The notes beneath the pieces were generated by a model. It was given only the letters and a program-made list of their open reading frames with translations. It did no database searches and was not told the DNA's origin. A stretch of 63,911 nt of DNA, the filler included, from Olpidium bornovanus S191 (lineage: Eukaryota; Fungi; Olpidiomycota), in NCBI GenBank assembly GCA_017911155.1. It is 28 parts of 28 records of this genome, joined end to end, with 100 filler letters (N's around TTAATTAATTAA, not from the genome) between each part and the next. Parts side by side here need not be neighbours in the genome. Positions count along the whole stretch, not along the records: positions 1 to 2,117 come from JAEFCI010004688.1; positions 2,218 to 3,645 come from JAEFCI010007058.1; positions 3,746 to 5,769 come from JAEFCI010012977.1; positions 5,870 to 7,715 come from JAEFCI010011054.1; positions 7,816 to 9,580 come from JAEFCI010011171.1; positions 9,681 to 11,853 come from JAEFCI010006062.1; positions 11,954 to 12,976 come from JAEFCI010005127.1; positions 13,077 to 15,341 come from JAEFCI010005297.1; 20 more parts are not named here. One strand, 5' to 3'. The position numbers and the translations under genes were made by a program. Positions 1-13,218 of the stretch are shown here, piece by piece. Within the stretch, counting starts at the first letter, position 1. Each line of letters starts with the position of its first letter.

Positions 1-52
1 CCCCAAGCCGGCTGCCGCTGCTTTACATTCGTCTCGCAAGCCCGATGACAAT

Positions 53-1650
53 TTGCGCAGCGACACCGGCGATTTGCGCAACACCGGCCATTCGCACGGC
101 CCCGGCAGAAATCGCCGTGGTCGCTGGAAGCATACTTCGGATGGCAGGAACTCGCAGGGGGCAAGGGCCGGTCGCCAGCAAAAGCCCAAGAATCCCTGCA
201 AGTTTTGCGGTTCTCCCGATCATTTCCCAAGCGATTGCGACCTCATTCCGGCTCACCTTCATACTGCCGCCACGGAGCGTGTTGCCTCCATCCGCAATCC
301 GCATCAAGCACCCTTACAGCCACGGCATTCCACATCCGTGGGCACCCCGACAACAACTGCTCGGGCCCTACACGCCAGGCGCGTCTCCGATGTCGGTCCC
401 AACATCCGGCCCTGTGATGCGTCTTGTGCAGTTGGTACCTCCCATGCATTCCGTGATTCCTTTGTCCTGGATTCGGGGGCCTCTGACCACATGATCGCCG
501 CCCCTTTTTTCGCCCTTTGTGTAGCCACCGCCCAGCGCATTCCCATCGAGGTAGCTGACGGCAGCACAATTCAATCCAGCACCGTCGGGCAAGTCAGTCT
601 CACTGCCCGGCACGGGAGTCTTCCCCTCCCCTTGCGCACCCTCGCTGTACCTTCTCTCCACACCTCGTTGTTTTCCATCGCCAAGGCCTGCGATCACGAC
701 GATTTTGTGATCTTCACCAAGACCGGTGCCCGGATTCATGATGCGTCCTCTGGTGCCCCATCGCCACTGGGCGTCGACACATTAATCTTTACCTCCTGGA
801 TGCCGTTCGGACACATCCCGATCATTCACGGCCGCTTCCGGATCATGGTTCCTTCGCTTTACGCGCTTCCTCATGTTTTACGCTCTGGCATCGGCGCATG
901 GCTCATCTCGGTTGGAAACCACTCACCCGGCTCTCCCCTCTCTTCTGGCTAGAGTTCGCCGAGTCCGCTCCGCCCGCCATCTGTGACTTATGCGCTGTCG
1001 GCAAGGCACACCGCCTCCCGCACCCCACCAGCCATCGTGATGTCGACCATCCCATGGACCTGGTACACGCCGACGTTGTCGTCCCTTTTCCGCTGTCTCT
1101 TGCCGACAACAAATATGTATTTACATGAATCGATCATCAAAGACGCTTCGCGATGACCACCGCCAGCCCAACCAAGGCCTCCTCCGCCGCTCTTCTTTCT
1201 TTCAAAGACACTATAGCCACCGCGTCCAATGTCACTGGCCGGTCTGTCCTCTCCCTGCGCTCCGATCGAAGAGGGGAGCACTTGAGTCAGAATTTTCAAG
1301 ACTTTCTTCGCGAAAAAGGGATTTCCCACCAGTGGACCGTACGGGATACCCCAGAGCAAAATGCAGTGGTCGAGCGTTTTAACAGAACAATCCTTGACCG
1401 TCTTCGCACCGTGTTTGCGGATTCAGGACTTCCTTTCCATCTAATGGACAAACTTTGGGATACAACCATCCTCTTACAATCTGTCGACCCACTCTGCCAT
1501 CAAAAACAAAATTCCGTCGCAAGTCTTCCATTCCGAGCCGCCCTTTCCTTATGACGCTTGCGCATCATCGGTAGTAAAGTTTTTCGTGCATCGGATCCGA
1601 GAGGAGCGCGAAAACAAACTGTCCGTGGCCGCTGTCATCCATTTTCTCGT
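53..1650 (+). mobile_element. Degenerate Ty1/copia retrotransposon: gag zinc knuckle, protease, GAG-pre-integrase, integrase
   Basis: CKFCGSPDHFPSDC (CCHC knuckle), FVLDSGASDHM (copia protease), LWHRRMAHLG..CDLCAVGKAHR..DLVHAD, LRSDRRGEH..TPEQNAVVERFNRTI; several frameshifts and stops. Confidence 0.93.
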
Positions 1651-2117
1651 GGATTACGCGCGACATTCTAAGGCACCTTTGGGACCCGGTGTGGAAGAAT
1701 TTCCGGGCGCGGCGGCAAACCGCGCGAGGAAAGGGGAGGGGGTCGCGCGGGTGAGGTTGGAGAAGAAGACGCGTCGGGAATGAGAAGGGGCCGAAATATC
1801 GACTTGTTTTGCCGCGGAACCGAGATGCAGGGAAGAAATAAAATGCGTAAACACAACGCGTGGCGCGCGGGCGGAAGAGGAGAAGGAGGCGAAGGAGAGC
1901 GGCGACGGGGACTGCGCGGGTATATAGAAACCTCGGGCGTGAGGAGGCCCGGAAAAGAGAGAGAGAGAGAGGGAGAGAGGGGGGGAGAGAGAGGGAGAGA
2001 GAGACCCCCCGCCGTCTGCGCCACCGCGGGGCGCGCCGGCCATGAACGGCGAGGCGGCGATCCGGGGGGGGAATGCGGCCGCGAAGGCGGCGGCGGCGGC
2101 CACCTCAGCGCAGAGGA

Positions 2118-2217
2118 NNNNNNNNNNNNNNNNNNNNNNNNNNNNNNNNNNNNNNNNNNNNTTAATTAATTAANNNNNNNNNNNNNNNNNNNNNNNNNNN
2201 NNNNNNNNNNNNNNNNN
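2118..2217. other. Artificial contig linker (first of 27 identical 100-nt spacers; last at 62781-62880)
   Basis: 44 N + TTAATTAATTAA + 44 N, identical at every junction; the 12-mer gives stops in all six frames. Confidence 0.99.
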
Positions 2218-3311
2218 CATGTTGGCCGGAAATAATCTACTCTGCTTTGGCGGACACTGGGAATTGCCAGCAGGGGGCAAAAAACGACGGCCTGTCGCAG
2301 AAAGCGTGAGGCGACTCCGCGAAACGGGGGTGTCGGAAGGAGAGGGAGTTTCGCCAAATGATCTTTTGCGGGGTCCTTTTTCGAGCGGATTTGTAAACGG
2401 GGAAGGAGAAAGTGAGTGAGAAATCAGCGGGCGCGCGTCTTGTCGAGAGAAGCCCGCGCGGAGTTCGGTTGTATTAGAAACGGGGGGGGACAGGCTGTTT
2501 TGGGCGTGTCGCGCACAAGGTCGGAAATTGACACGAGGGATCCAGAATGTAACCAAAAACGCGTCGACCCCGGAGCCATAGCAACGAACACACCCCCCCC
2601 CACCCCGAAAAAAAAAACAAAACAAGCGAATATGTCACACCTCGCCAACGCAAACCCTTCCTAAAGGAACGAGTCACGTCGACTCGTTCGCGACCCGCCA
2701 GATTCTGGTTCTGAGGAAGGAAAATGTGGTGATGGTGGTGGGGGGATAAGCAGACTGCACGGCAGATCCGAACCGCAAACGCCTCCTCCCTCCACCTCCG
2801 CCTTAAGCCCAGAGCATTATACTCAGTAGTACGAGTACGGGAAATCCACTCAAAGGAGACCTTAATTTCGATCGAATTTTTTCCTGAAAGGCTAGAAACA
2901 AGCGGCTTAAAAACTGTACTACTGAGCGTAGTCATCAACGGCCCGTCCACGCAAACCGTGGGACAAAGGCAGCGCTTGGCTTTTATGCCCTCCACATACG
3001 CCGTAAAGTTCTGTACTATCGCCTTCCTCTATACCAGGGTCCTCCGTCCATCCTCCCGACCTCCCACTCCCTTACCCCGCTCCTTCCTTGAGAACATAAA
3101 CCCTCCCTGTAGACGAACACCGGTCGGATCTCTCATATAAAGCCCGCTGACCGGGCACGGCACATTTTAGTGGAAGCAGGATCAATTGTTGCGAAACAGC
3201 GTAGTATGGTTTTGGTTAATTTGATTTGCGACGAAGATTCTTCCTAGAAATGCTCGCGGCAACGGACTCCCCCGTTCGACGGCGAGCGGAAAGAAAAGCA
3301 ATGTCCCTCCC

Positions 3312-3616
3312 TCAAACATTTGGACCCCAGGACTTGAATCCGATTCCGCGCTGTTTGGCCCTGCGCGCCGCCATGCCGCTCTCGAATTGCTTCTGCAGAT
3401 CGTCCTGGATGCGCTTGTTTGCTGCCGGGTTGATCATCGAAGCGTGTGTCTCCTTTGAGATCACTTCTGCCTTTTTACGTTTCCCAGCCGACTGATCTGA
3501 GCCACCCTTCCTGGCGCCCATGAGACACATGAACTTGTTCTTGCGCTCTGCGTCGCCGTCGAAACCTGCCTGCGACGAATTGTTCCACGCAGCGAGCTTT
3601 TTTTTCACGGCACTCT
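3312..3616 (-). CDS. Small acidic protein-like (SMAP domain) protein, last exon
   Basis: W...FDGDAERKNKFMCLMG..IQDDLQKQFESGM..RGIGF matches the SMAP C-terminal domain; ttcAG acceptor upstream; 5' part is beyond the contig end. Confidence 0.75.
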
Positions 3617-4264
3617 GAAACGTATGTTTTTCGTGTAGATTGTCGNNNNNNNNNNNNNNNNNNNNNNNNNNNNNNNNNNNNNNNNNNNNTTAATTAATTA
3701 ANNNNNNNNNNNNNNNNNNNNNNNNNNNNNNNNNNNNNNNNNNNNCCCCCCCCCCCACCCACCCCCCCCTCGCCCCACTCCCTTTGCCCAACCTGGATCA
3801 GAAACACCTGCGTTTGCGCCGCGGCGTTTCCCGCGCGTTTTAAAAAACAGATTCCACCCGGAATCGCGACCCGTATCCTTTATCGCCAAAAGGGGTACGC
3901 CCAGAGTGTGCCCGCGCCGGGGGGTCACGATACGCGAACGCCGGTTGGTAGCGGTTTCGGATGCAGGATTTTTGGAAAAAAAAAAAAAAAGAAAGAAAGA
4001 AAGAGACAAAGGGGGTTTAATACGAAAAGACCGTCGAACGTGATCGCGTGCGCATCTCGAATCCTCTGCGAGCGCGTGCAGGTCATTGACACCACCAGAA
4101 AAAAAAAAACATAGAGAAAGGCATCCAATTTCGTTTTTCATAGTTGGAACTGGGTTCTTCAAAGATAAAGCTACGTCGGGTACGGGGCCAAATTCAGAAT
4201 CGCTAAGCGCCCGTACAACAGAACCCCCCCCCCCCGGGCGCTTTGCGCTAACAACAGTCGGGAG

Positions 4265-5060
4265 CTAGGCGATTGCTGCGTTTGGGTGATTGGCGTACGC
4301 CTCGTACTGGTTATGTTGACCGGCCTCCTTCAGAAGTTGAACATCGTCTGTAAATTGGGAGACCGCCAAATATGGTTTGGCGCGAATCAAAGCCGGCCAG
4401 GCAGACGCAATGAACGGAAACCGATAAACACGAAGAGATGGATTAACACGACCGAGGATATCACAAGACACCGAGTCGAGAGGAAAACCGCCACATTCGC
4501 AATCAACAGTGAAACAAAACGGCCCCAAATACAGCAGCTAGAGCGGGAGCGGCGAAAGGCTCGACTTCATACCAGCCACAATCTCGGTAGAAGTTCTCTG
4601 GATATCGTCCTTGATGTAGTCATTGTACTCAATGCGTCCAGTTACGTAGAGCAGATCCCTTCGTTCAAAGAATTGGTAGACGACGGGTTTAGTCAAACCG
4701 CTGGATCCAGGATCCCAATGTATCGTTCGGCGCTTTGTATGGCGCTGCTAAATAGTCTTTCGCCGCTAACCCTTTCCGAATTCTCTGCTGCAATCTCGCC
4801 ACTATGTAATCCTTCGAGCAGCGGATCTTGTGCCACTGCGTCACAGTCTCCCAGCCGTCTTCCGCGTCTGGGTTGCGGACGGCCCTATCGGTCACGAGAC
4901 TGAACCACGCCGACGAGCCGCCGTTCGGAAAAAATTTCACTTCCGGGTCCCTCCCGATCCGTCCGAGGAGTTGGACCTTGTTGACTGCGAGAGAGGTTGA
5001 ATCAGTTACCTCGGAAAAGCGGAGCGGTGGAAAACGCCTTCCTCCCCCCAGCTCCAACTA
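4265..5060 (-). CDS. RIM1: Mitochondrial single-stranded DNA-binding protein (RIM1/SSBP1-like), spliced
   Basis: Exons VNKVQLLGRIGRDPEV..FSLVT..TQWHKI..IRKG | DLLYVTGRIEYNDYIKDDIQRTSTEIVA | DVQLL...; GT-AG introns; start not resolved. Confidence 0.9.
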
Positions 5061-6021
5061 CGCCCTCCGCAGGCAGGCGGAAGCAGCCGGGCCGCCAGCC
5101 AGCAGCGCGAAAAAGTGTAAACCCGGCCGATCACGTCGGACGGGCTTCTCGCTCGCGGTATCGCGCCTTTCCCCAACTAATCCGCGTCGCGCGTACCGCT
5201 AGGGCCGCCAAGAACAGGCGAAACCGAATACGCCTGCGGGCAGGGCGTAAAAAGCGTAAAAACGGGGAAACGCACGACCGGCGCGCTCTCTCGGGCAATA
5301 AGCTCGGCCGGAACGCCCCCTCCCGAGCGCAAACGGACGCCCGGGAAAAGCAGGCGCGCGCCAGGCTCTTTTTTTTTTTTTTTTTTTTTCTCTTTTTTCG
5401 CGGTCTTACCCTTGCCGCGGCGCGGGAGGTCGCGGCACCGCGGAGGAAGCGGGCGGCCGGCACCGCGCGAGTCGCGTCGCGCAAGACGATCGTCGTCGCC
5501 ATACTTTTGTTTTTCTGTCTTTTCGTGCCTCCTTTTTTTTGTTTCTGGTTTTTGTTTCTCACTTTTAAACGCCGCTCTGAGCTTCTCGTGTACTCCCCTG
5601 CCAACAAGAAAAAAAGGGAGAAGAAAGAAAAAAAAAACAAAAAAAACGCATGGCGCTGTTTTTTTAGATAGAATACACAGGCCAGGCCTAAATTTGAGAT
5701 ACTCCTTAATATCCACAGAGCATCCTAGGACAAAAATCGGGTGTCAACCGCAAATGGAGTAGGGTTTTANNNNNNNNNNNNNNNNNNNNNNNNNNNNNNN
5801 NNNNNNNNNNNNNTTAATTAATTAANNNNNNNNNNNNNNNNNNNNNNNNNNNNNNNNNNNNNNNNNNNNCACGCCCGTGCACTCCCCTCTCCGCCCGACG
5901 CCGCCCCCCCTCCACCCCTCCCCCCCCCCCCCCCCCCCCCGGGATCCGCGGCCGAACCAGCGGTGGCGACGGCGGCGGCGCCCGGAGATCAACACAATAG
6001 TCCGCGGAAGGCGACCCGGAC

Positions 6022-7500
6022 ATGGCTGCCAGAGACGGAGAGCCGTGGAGCGCGGACTCAACAGATCAGCTGGCCCCGGGATCGGGTCCGGGAGCCGGCG
6101 GCGGAGGAGAGGGGCCCTTGCTGTCTCCGCCCCCGCCGCCGGACACGCGGGCGCCGCTGCTGCTCTTCACGCCGCGTCTGCGAGAGGCGTTCGCCCTCGC
6201 CCACAGCTTGCCGGCCACCCCGAGCTCGCTCAGGTGCAGGCTCGCCCCCTACCTCAGGGACGCCGGCGACGGAGGCGACGCCCAGCGCGGGCGAAGGTGG
6301 TCGAGCCAACCAGGCGGCTCCGCCCTGCCGCGCCGGCCGTCGGCGGCGCCCGCGGACGAGCGTTCGGCGGCCGCCACCGTCCCCGAAGAAGCGGAGCACC
6401 GCGGGGGCCCGCCGCCGAGCGCGACGGGGACGCCCGGCGGCGGCAGCACCGAAACTGCGGACGGCGACGCCGCCGGCGGCGACGCCGAAGCGCCGCGGCC
6501 CGGCGAGGACTGCGGCGAGGAGTGCCGCGCCGTGACGCTGGAGCTCGTGAAGGAGGTTTCGGTCGTCGTGCAAGCCGCGCGAGCGGCGGCCGTTTCCCGC
6601 CGCTCCTCGGCGTGCAGCGGCAGGGACTCGCAAACGGCGGCTCTGGCTCTGGACACGTCGTTGCGGCCCGCGGGTTACTGGGTGCACGAGCTGCTCCAGG
6701 GAAGCTCCGTGTACGTCGCGCCGCGGATAAAACAGAAGAGGGTAAAAAGCCTGCTGGGTGCCGCTTTTTTTTGTTTTTCTGTTTTTCTGTTTTTCTGTCT
6801 TTCCGCCCGCGCACACCTTGCGCCTGCTTTCATTTGGAACCGGCGTTTCGCCAGGAAATGATCACGCTGGATCGTGGTGTCCCGACTGTTTTTGCTTCCG
6901 CGTGGACCTTTGCTCATACTTTTTATATTTAATATGATTTTCATCTGCTTTTTGGTTGTCCGCACAGAGTCCGTCCCTCGTGGCGCGCCTGGACCAGATC
7001 ACGGTAGCGAACGCCCACGCCGAGTACGCCCGCATGGTCGCGGCGGTCGCAAACCCGAACGACTACGAAACGGCAGGAATGCAGGCGAACGAGCGGCTGG
7101 AGGTCAAAGCCATGGAAAAGGAGATCACGGCTATCATCAACATCCTCTTCACCATCGTCGGAGTCTTCGTCGCTGTGTACTGGACGTCCCCGCACGTCAC
7201 GAACGACGTCGGATACGTGAGTGCGGGTGGCGGTCGTGAGGGGACGGGAAGCGGTCGGCTGGGTCGCGCGGCAAACCCTTCCTTTGCCACGGGCTTGGTT
7301 GGCGCTGAACCAACGCCATCATCCAGCTGCCAAGTGTTGCTACTTCTTCCCTCGAAAGCTGATCTTGACTTCCGCTCTCTCTTCCTCCAGCAAATCCTGA
7401 TGTCATTCTCGGCGGCGATCGTCGTCGGCATTGCGGAAACGTGGCTGTGGGTGCCCGTATTTCTTGCGCGTTCGTTTCGTCCGCGGCGCCGCGCTTATTT
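6022..7500 (+). CDS. VMA12: V-ATPase assembly factor Vma12/TMEM199, spliced
   Basis: YWVHELLQGSSVYVAP | LVARLDQI..EYARMV..ITAIINILFTIVGVFVAVYW | ILMSFSAAIVVGIAETWL (two TM helices); 3' end uncertain. Confidence 0.8.
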
Positions 7501-9816
7501 TCTTGATTCTTTTCTAATCTGCCTCCTCCCCGCGCGCATCCCAGGTACCTCCGATACGTCACGCAACCGCCGCGAAACAATCGGCGGAGCGAGTATTCTA
7601 GACTGCGCAGCCGGTGACAACGACCCGCTCATCTTTATTGTCAGGCCTGGACACCAATTTGACAGCGGCGAAGTCGGGCGATCACGGCGTTCGACCAAAA
7701 AAGAAAAAAAAAAAANNNNNNNNNNNNNNNNNNNNNNNNNNNNNNNNNNNNNNNNNNNNTTAATTAATTAANNNNNNNNNNNNNNNNNNNNNNNNNNNNN
7801 NNNNNNNNNNNNNNNCCCGCCGCGCCCGGTCAGATGGGGCTGACCACTTATTGCATTATCGCACCCCGGCGGACCCCGCGCACAATCTGTTTTCATGCCA
7901 GGAAGGGAAATTTTGGTCTGTCGACCATGCGAGACTCGGAGATTTTTTTTAAAGAAAAAAGCCGACTTCGCGCGGCATTGATTCAAATATTATTCGGGGT
8001 ATCCTGGAGTACTTTGGCGGTAGCACCGGGGGCAAGGTCACGAGGAGGTGGTCGGGGAGATTGCGCTAAAAGGAAAACGAAGAGCGTGACGCCGTTATGT
8101 ACGGGATTTACCTTGATTTATTTGTCCCAAGATTAGGAAATTTCGAGGCGAACCCGAACGGCGCCGCCTGATCCGGGCAGGCGTCGATAGCCGTTGGCCA
8201 TACAAAGAGTCCCGGGCCGCAGGGCGTGGGCCGGCGTTGACGCAGACCGGGTGACGCCCGTTTCGTGTGCTCTTCCGTTCTGCGTCCTGCGCGCGTCAGG
8301 CCGTCCGTTGCAACATTTTAGGCGTCGGCGTAGACTGCGCGTGATGCCGGTTGTGCGGAATGTTTTTCCGTGACCCGGCTCTTCGGGCCAAAAAAAATTC
8401 CACACCACCCCCCGAACATTACAGCGTGGACGGAGGGGGGTCATACCGTACCGCGGCTACGCACCCGGCAAGGGTGAAGCCGGGGGGGTGGGGGGGGCTA
8501 CGCGAATCAGGGGAGGGAAAGCGGGATGAAAAAGAATGTCGCGGTTCACGAAAGAAAAAGAAAAAAAAACCCCTGCCGTGCTTCAACCGGGTCTTCGACG
8601 TTGGAGCCGCGCGGGGGTTTTCCGGCCGATTTACTCTTGAGATTGCCGGAAAATCTACTCTTCCCCGCCAAAGGTCCCGGATGCGATGCTGGAGATGAGC
8701 CACGTTCGTCCGGCACCAGCGAGTGCCGAGACCAAAAGGGACGTGGCCGCCCGACGTCCGTTCGCTACGCTTTTTTTTTTTAATTTTCTCGTATGATCCC
8801 TTCTTTTTTTTTTTTTTTTTTTTTTGTTTTTGACAGCTGGCGGTGTGCCTTTTCCGGTCTTTTTTTAAGACCGGGGGGGAGAGAGAGAGAAATGGGGGAA
8901 AGGGAGGTGTACTTTTCCTTTTCTTTGATGACCGCCGCAGCAGGATTCAGGCAGGGAACCTACAGAACTTTTTTTTTCTTTTTTCCTCTTTTTTTTTCTT
9001 AAGCTTAAAAATTGTTCCAAGATTCAGAAATTCAGAAGAAGACCTCACCAGGGGAAGTTTGCTTTAGTTTTAGATTTCCAGTTTTTTGCCTTTCGGATAT
9101 GAAAACGAGCCGGCATGCCGCCGCCACCAAAGCGTCCGATGCCGCCTTCGTGGCGCTGAATGGTGTCTGTGTGCGGCACGTTAAATAAGTTAGCATAGTT
9201 CGCCGATACACACAATATACATTTTACATCTATAATTGGGCCGCGGCTCATGTAGTGCCGCCGCTGCTGTCGTTCCGCCGTCCTGCCCCCGGGCGGCGCG
9301 GCCGGAGTCGAAGACGACCAATCGGGCGGGGGCAGATATTTCGTCCAGGTGGTTGAGGAGGGGGGGTGAAGGGCCCCTGCAACTTTTTTGGGAGAGCAGG
9401 CAGGAGCGGAGCGACGCGTTTCGGCACTCGGTGACCGTCCCGCGCTCTCCGCGAGCCCGAAGCCGGCTAACCCTGTCCCCCCCCCCCGTTCCCCCCCCCC
9501 CCCCCGCCCGCCTCCCCGCCGCGGGCCACCCCTCGTGGCGTGTTTCCAACGCCTTTCGTTGGGGCCAGCTTTCTGTGGAANNNNNNNNNNNNNNNNNNNN
9601 NNNNNNNNNNNNNNNNNNNNNNNNTTAATTAATTAANNNNNNNNNNNNNNNNNNNNNNNNNNNNNNNNNNNNNNNNNNNNCCCGCCGCAGCCCGTGGGTT
9701 CCTGGGGTTTTGGGCTTCCTCCAGAGGAAGCCACCCCGCAGGAAGCACGCAACAGCTCCACGCCGTGCTCGTCTCGTCCTGCGAGTCCCCGGGGACGCCA
9801 GGAAGTCTCCGATTTC

Positions 9817-10431
9817 TCACATGACCCCCTCATACTCGTCTGCGCGGAAGGTCGCATCTTCCACTTGTCTGCAAGAATCCTTTGCAATATGCTTCAGACG
9901 TACATTCAAAGCAGCAACGGTGACTTCTGTTTCGGCCTCGTTGTCGTCTCCATAGACAGCCCTATTGAGCATGTCTGCCACGCTGTTGTCCTCTGCAGGT
10001 ATGTGGACAATCACAAACCCATATTCCTTCAAATCCGCGATCCATCGGCGGCTGGACACGTCAGCCGTATTGCAGTTCGCAATCATGCCCAGCAGCGGTC
10101 GACAGTCCGTTTTGACCACCAAATGAGCTCCCAGGACGTAGCGCCTTTCCTTTCGCATGGCCAGCCACAGCGCATATAACTCCCGCTTGATCTGCCCGTA
10201 AGCCTTTTGCGCTTTGTTGAATGTTTTTGCCCCAAACCAGGGCGGGTGCCTCTCTGTTCCTTCTCCTTGAGACAGGACCCAACCGGCCGCGTTGGGACCG
10301 GCGTCCACCATAAGGTAGACATGTCCCGCATCCTGACCGTACATGAGCTCACAGAGCTTACAGAAATCTGGGGACCTAACGTCATTTGTTTTCGTTCCTG
10401 ACGGCGACAAGGGCCAGCCGCTGAACTCCAC
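9817..10431 (-). mobile_element. Ty3/gypsy pol fragment (RT-associated RNase H)
   Basis: VDAGPNAAGWVLSQ..AKTFNKAQKAYGQIKRELYAL..LVVKTDCRPL..RWIADLKEYGFVIVHIPAEDNSVADMLNR. Confidence 0.9.
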
Positions 10432-11953
10432 AAGACAGATTCTCCACTTTTGTACTGGTTGCTTTGGTTCCGTTCACGTTCATCAATTGGATTTTTGGCC
10501 TTTTGTATGGGGTGGTCGGGAGGCACCGCCGACGAATTGCGTATTTGGTCGGTTTTGCCATGTTTTACAGTATCCGCAAGCCGCATGTAAATTGAGTCAA
10601 AACGATTAGTGAACCCTGCATTCTATTAGATTGCAGAAAATGTGGTTTCATTAAGTTCTTGCCTACTTCTCAATCCGACACGGGCCGGCAGAACAGACGG
10701 CACCGGGGAAGTGACCGGCACTGGCAACGGTCCCGGCCGCACACGACGTGCCGGTAGCGGCGCACGACGGGCAGCGGCAGCATTTACGCCATGTCCCGCA
10801 AGCATAGGCCACTGGTTTCATGAACTTCTGCCGTATTACCCCCGAGGTGCACTGGAACGGCAATCTGCTGAGGGTTTTGTGTATTGCGGGAAAAGCGGTC
10901 GTCTCAAAAACTGCAGGCGGGATATCACTGTGAAATTTCCCCACGCCGCGTAAAACTTTCATTCTGGAAAGCCAGTGCGTTGTCGGGTAGTGAAAACAGG
11001 ATAGGAGCCAAAGGTGAAAAAAGCTCTTTCGTGTGAAATGTTCGCGATCAGCAGAAATCAGGCAAACGGATACTTGGTAAAGAAGGGAAAAGACGGTATT
11101 TAGCCAGGTGTTGCAGCTTCACCTTTGCGGCGCCGGCAAACGACCGTATCGGCTGGTACCTTGAGCCCAATCCGTGATGTTTTTGATGCCTTGGTGAGGA
11201 GCGCGTCTGAACTGGTAAAAGGGAATGGAATTGAAATGACGCAAGAGAACGTCGTGAAGTCAATCAAATTTGGCCCCCGGGGGACCTTCGGTGTTGAATA
11301 CGTCGCCCAGGTTCTTTTCTGCTGAAATGCGCAGTTTGCTTGATGTTGCTGGCAGTCAGGAGGTGGGAAGGTGTGCAGCTGCGCCGAAAAAAAGAATGCA
11401 AATCTCACTGTGCATGGCCCATACTTTTGGCCGCGGCGTGCATCGTGTGCGATTTTGATCACGCCGCCGTCTTTCGATATAAAACAGGAGGATGTGCTTG
11501 ACAGCGTTTTGGAGCCGAGGTATCTCACAGCGAGATCCCCGATGGACGTGCCCTTGCGCGAGCCCTCTGGAACACGACGCCCTTTGCTTTTGCCCCGAAA
11601 AGTCGTCGCGAGGCTGTCAGCGCGGTTAGAACAGGGTTAGTTTATTCTGCCGCGGCCGCTCAAAAAAAAAAGAAAAAGAAAAAAGAAAGAAAAAAAAACA
11701 ACCGGTACCGCGTGCCGGGTTACCCGCGCGTTCTCGTCGTACGGGGGCGGCGTGGGAGAAAAGCGGGTCAGTCGCGCCGAACGAGCCTACCGACCGCGAA
11801 AACGGCGTCCGGGTCCCGGTTCCGTTCTGCCCCCCCCCCCCCCCAAAGTCCCGNNNNNNNNNNNNNNNNNNNNNNNNNNNNNNNNNNNNNNNNNNNNTTA
11901 ATTAATTAANNNNNNNNNNNNNNNNNNNNNNNNNNNNNNNNNNNNNNNNNNNN

Positions 11954-12445
11954 GGTGCCACGCGCACGACCGCTCGCCTACGCCAGAACTACTATTGGCC
12001 TGGCATGCACGTTGCTGTCAAACGCTATGTCAAATTGTGCACACTGTGCCAGGTGCATAAACCGCGCTCGCCGATGACGATCGCACCGCTTCGATACATC
12101 CAATCGCAAGGCGCATTTGCGAACGTCTCGATCGACCTCGTTGGTCCGCTCACCGAGACCGAAGCTTCGAACATGTACATCCTCGTAATGCAGGATACAT
12201 TTACAAAGTGGCCCGAGGCCGTCGCCATCCCCGATAAATCCGCCGAAACCGTCGCCGATGCTTTCTTCAAAGCATTTATCTGCCGCCACGGTTTACCGCA
12301 TAACATCTATACCGATCAGGGGACCGAATTTAACATTGTCCTCATCGACCGTCTCGCCACCCGCCTTTCGATGTCGCATTCGACGACAACCGCATACCAC
12401 CCGCAGGCAAATGGCCAAGTGGAACGATTTAACCGCACGCTGTCG
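11954..12445 (+). mobile_element. Ty3/gypsy integrase fragment (zinc-binding C2 plus catalytic core)
   Basis: YVKLCTLCQVHK..VSIDLVGPL..DTFTKWPEAVAI..TDQGTEF..TAYHPQANGQVERFNRTL, then truncated. Confidence 0.93.
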
Positions 12446-13218
12446 GGCGATTCTGTGCTTGACGAGAGTTTTGCAGGACTGCCTATAGGATAGCCCGTGG
12501 CTCTACTACTGCAAGGCGGTAAGGGCTTTTCTCGCTGTTGGGTGCGTGCCCCGCTCACCGGTCGTCGAAGAAGTCCTCGATCGTACGGCCCTCGACGCCG
12601 GAGTTCGTGGGCCCGAGGAGCGCGCCAACCCTCTACCGTAGAGGGTCACGGTCGCACGGCGTCCGTCTCCGCGTCGTTCCGCTTCGAAGGGTTCATCGTT
12701 TATTAGGTATGAGCGGGTGAACAAATTATTTTTTTTGGGGGGGGGTTTGTTTATATCCGGTCGGGGGGGGGGGTTTCAACGAGAGAGGGGGGGGGGGGAA
12801 ACAAAAGGGCTCCATGCGGGCGCCCCGGCCCCCCAGGGCAAGAAATTGCCCGACAACCCGCCCCCTCGCAACATTCCCCGCTTAGTCGAGGGACATGTTG
12901 CAAACTATGAATACGCAAAGGAGGGACCAAGGAGAAGAAAAAAAGAAAACAAAAGAAACAACAAAACAAAAAAAAANNNNNNNNNNNNNNNNNNNNNNNN
13001 NNNNNNNNNNNNNNNNNNNNTTAATTAATTAANNNNNNNNNNNNNNNNNNNNNNNNNNNNNNNNNNNNNNNNNNNNCCGCCGATAAAGCTGCTGTCGACA
13101 TCACTGCCACTGTGTAGACGAACGCAGTGCCGGCGACTACGAAGCAATCTTTTTCGAAAACTCATGCGCAAAAAAAGCATATGGACCTGTCACGGCAACC
13201 GGTAGGCGAACCCTGTGC

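Noticed and set aside
2162-2173. Repeated TTAATTAATTAA motif at semi-regular spacing
   Set aside because: Synthetic six-frame stop linker, always embedded in N runs.
2219-2419. Nudix-like peptide (WELPAGG..RRLRETG)
   Set aside because: Nudix box spacing and glutamates are wrong; likely an off-frame reading.
2816-2932. Inverted repeat CTCAGTAGTAC/GTACTACTGAG as a structured ncRNA
   Set aside because: No snRNA, SRP, RNase P/MRP or group I intron motif recognised; one 11-bp stem is near chance for a window this size.
10642-11640. GT61-like glycosyltransferase (HWFHELLPYY)
   Set aside because: One short motif only; no consistent exon chain on either strand.
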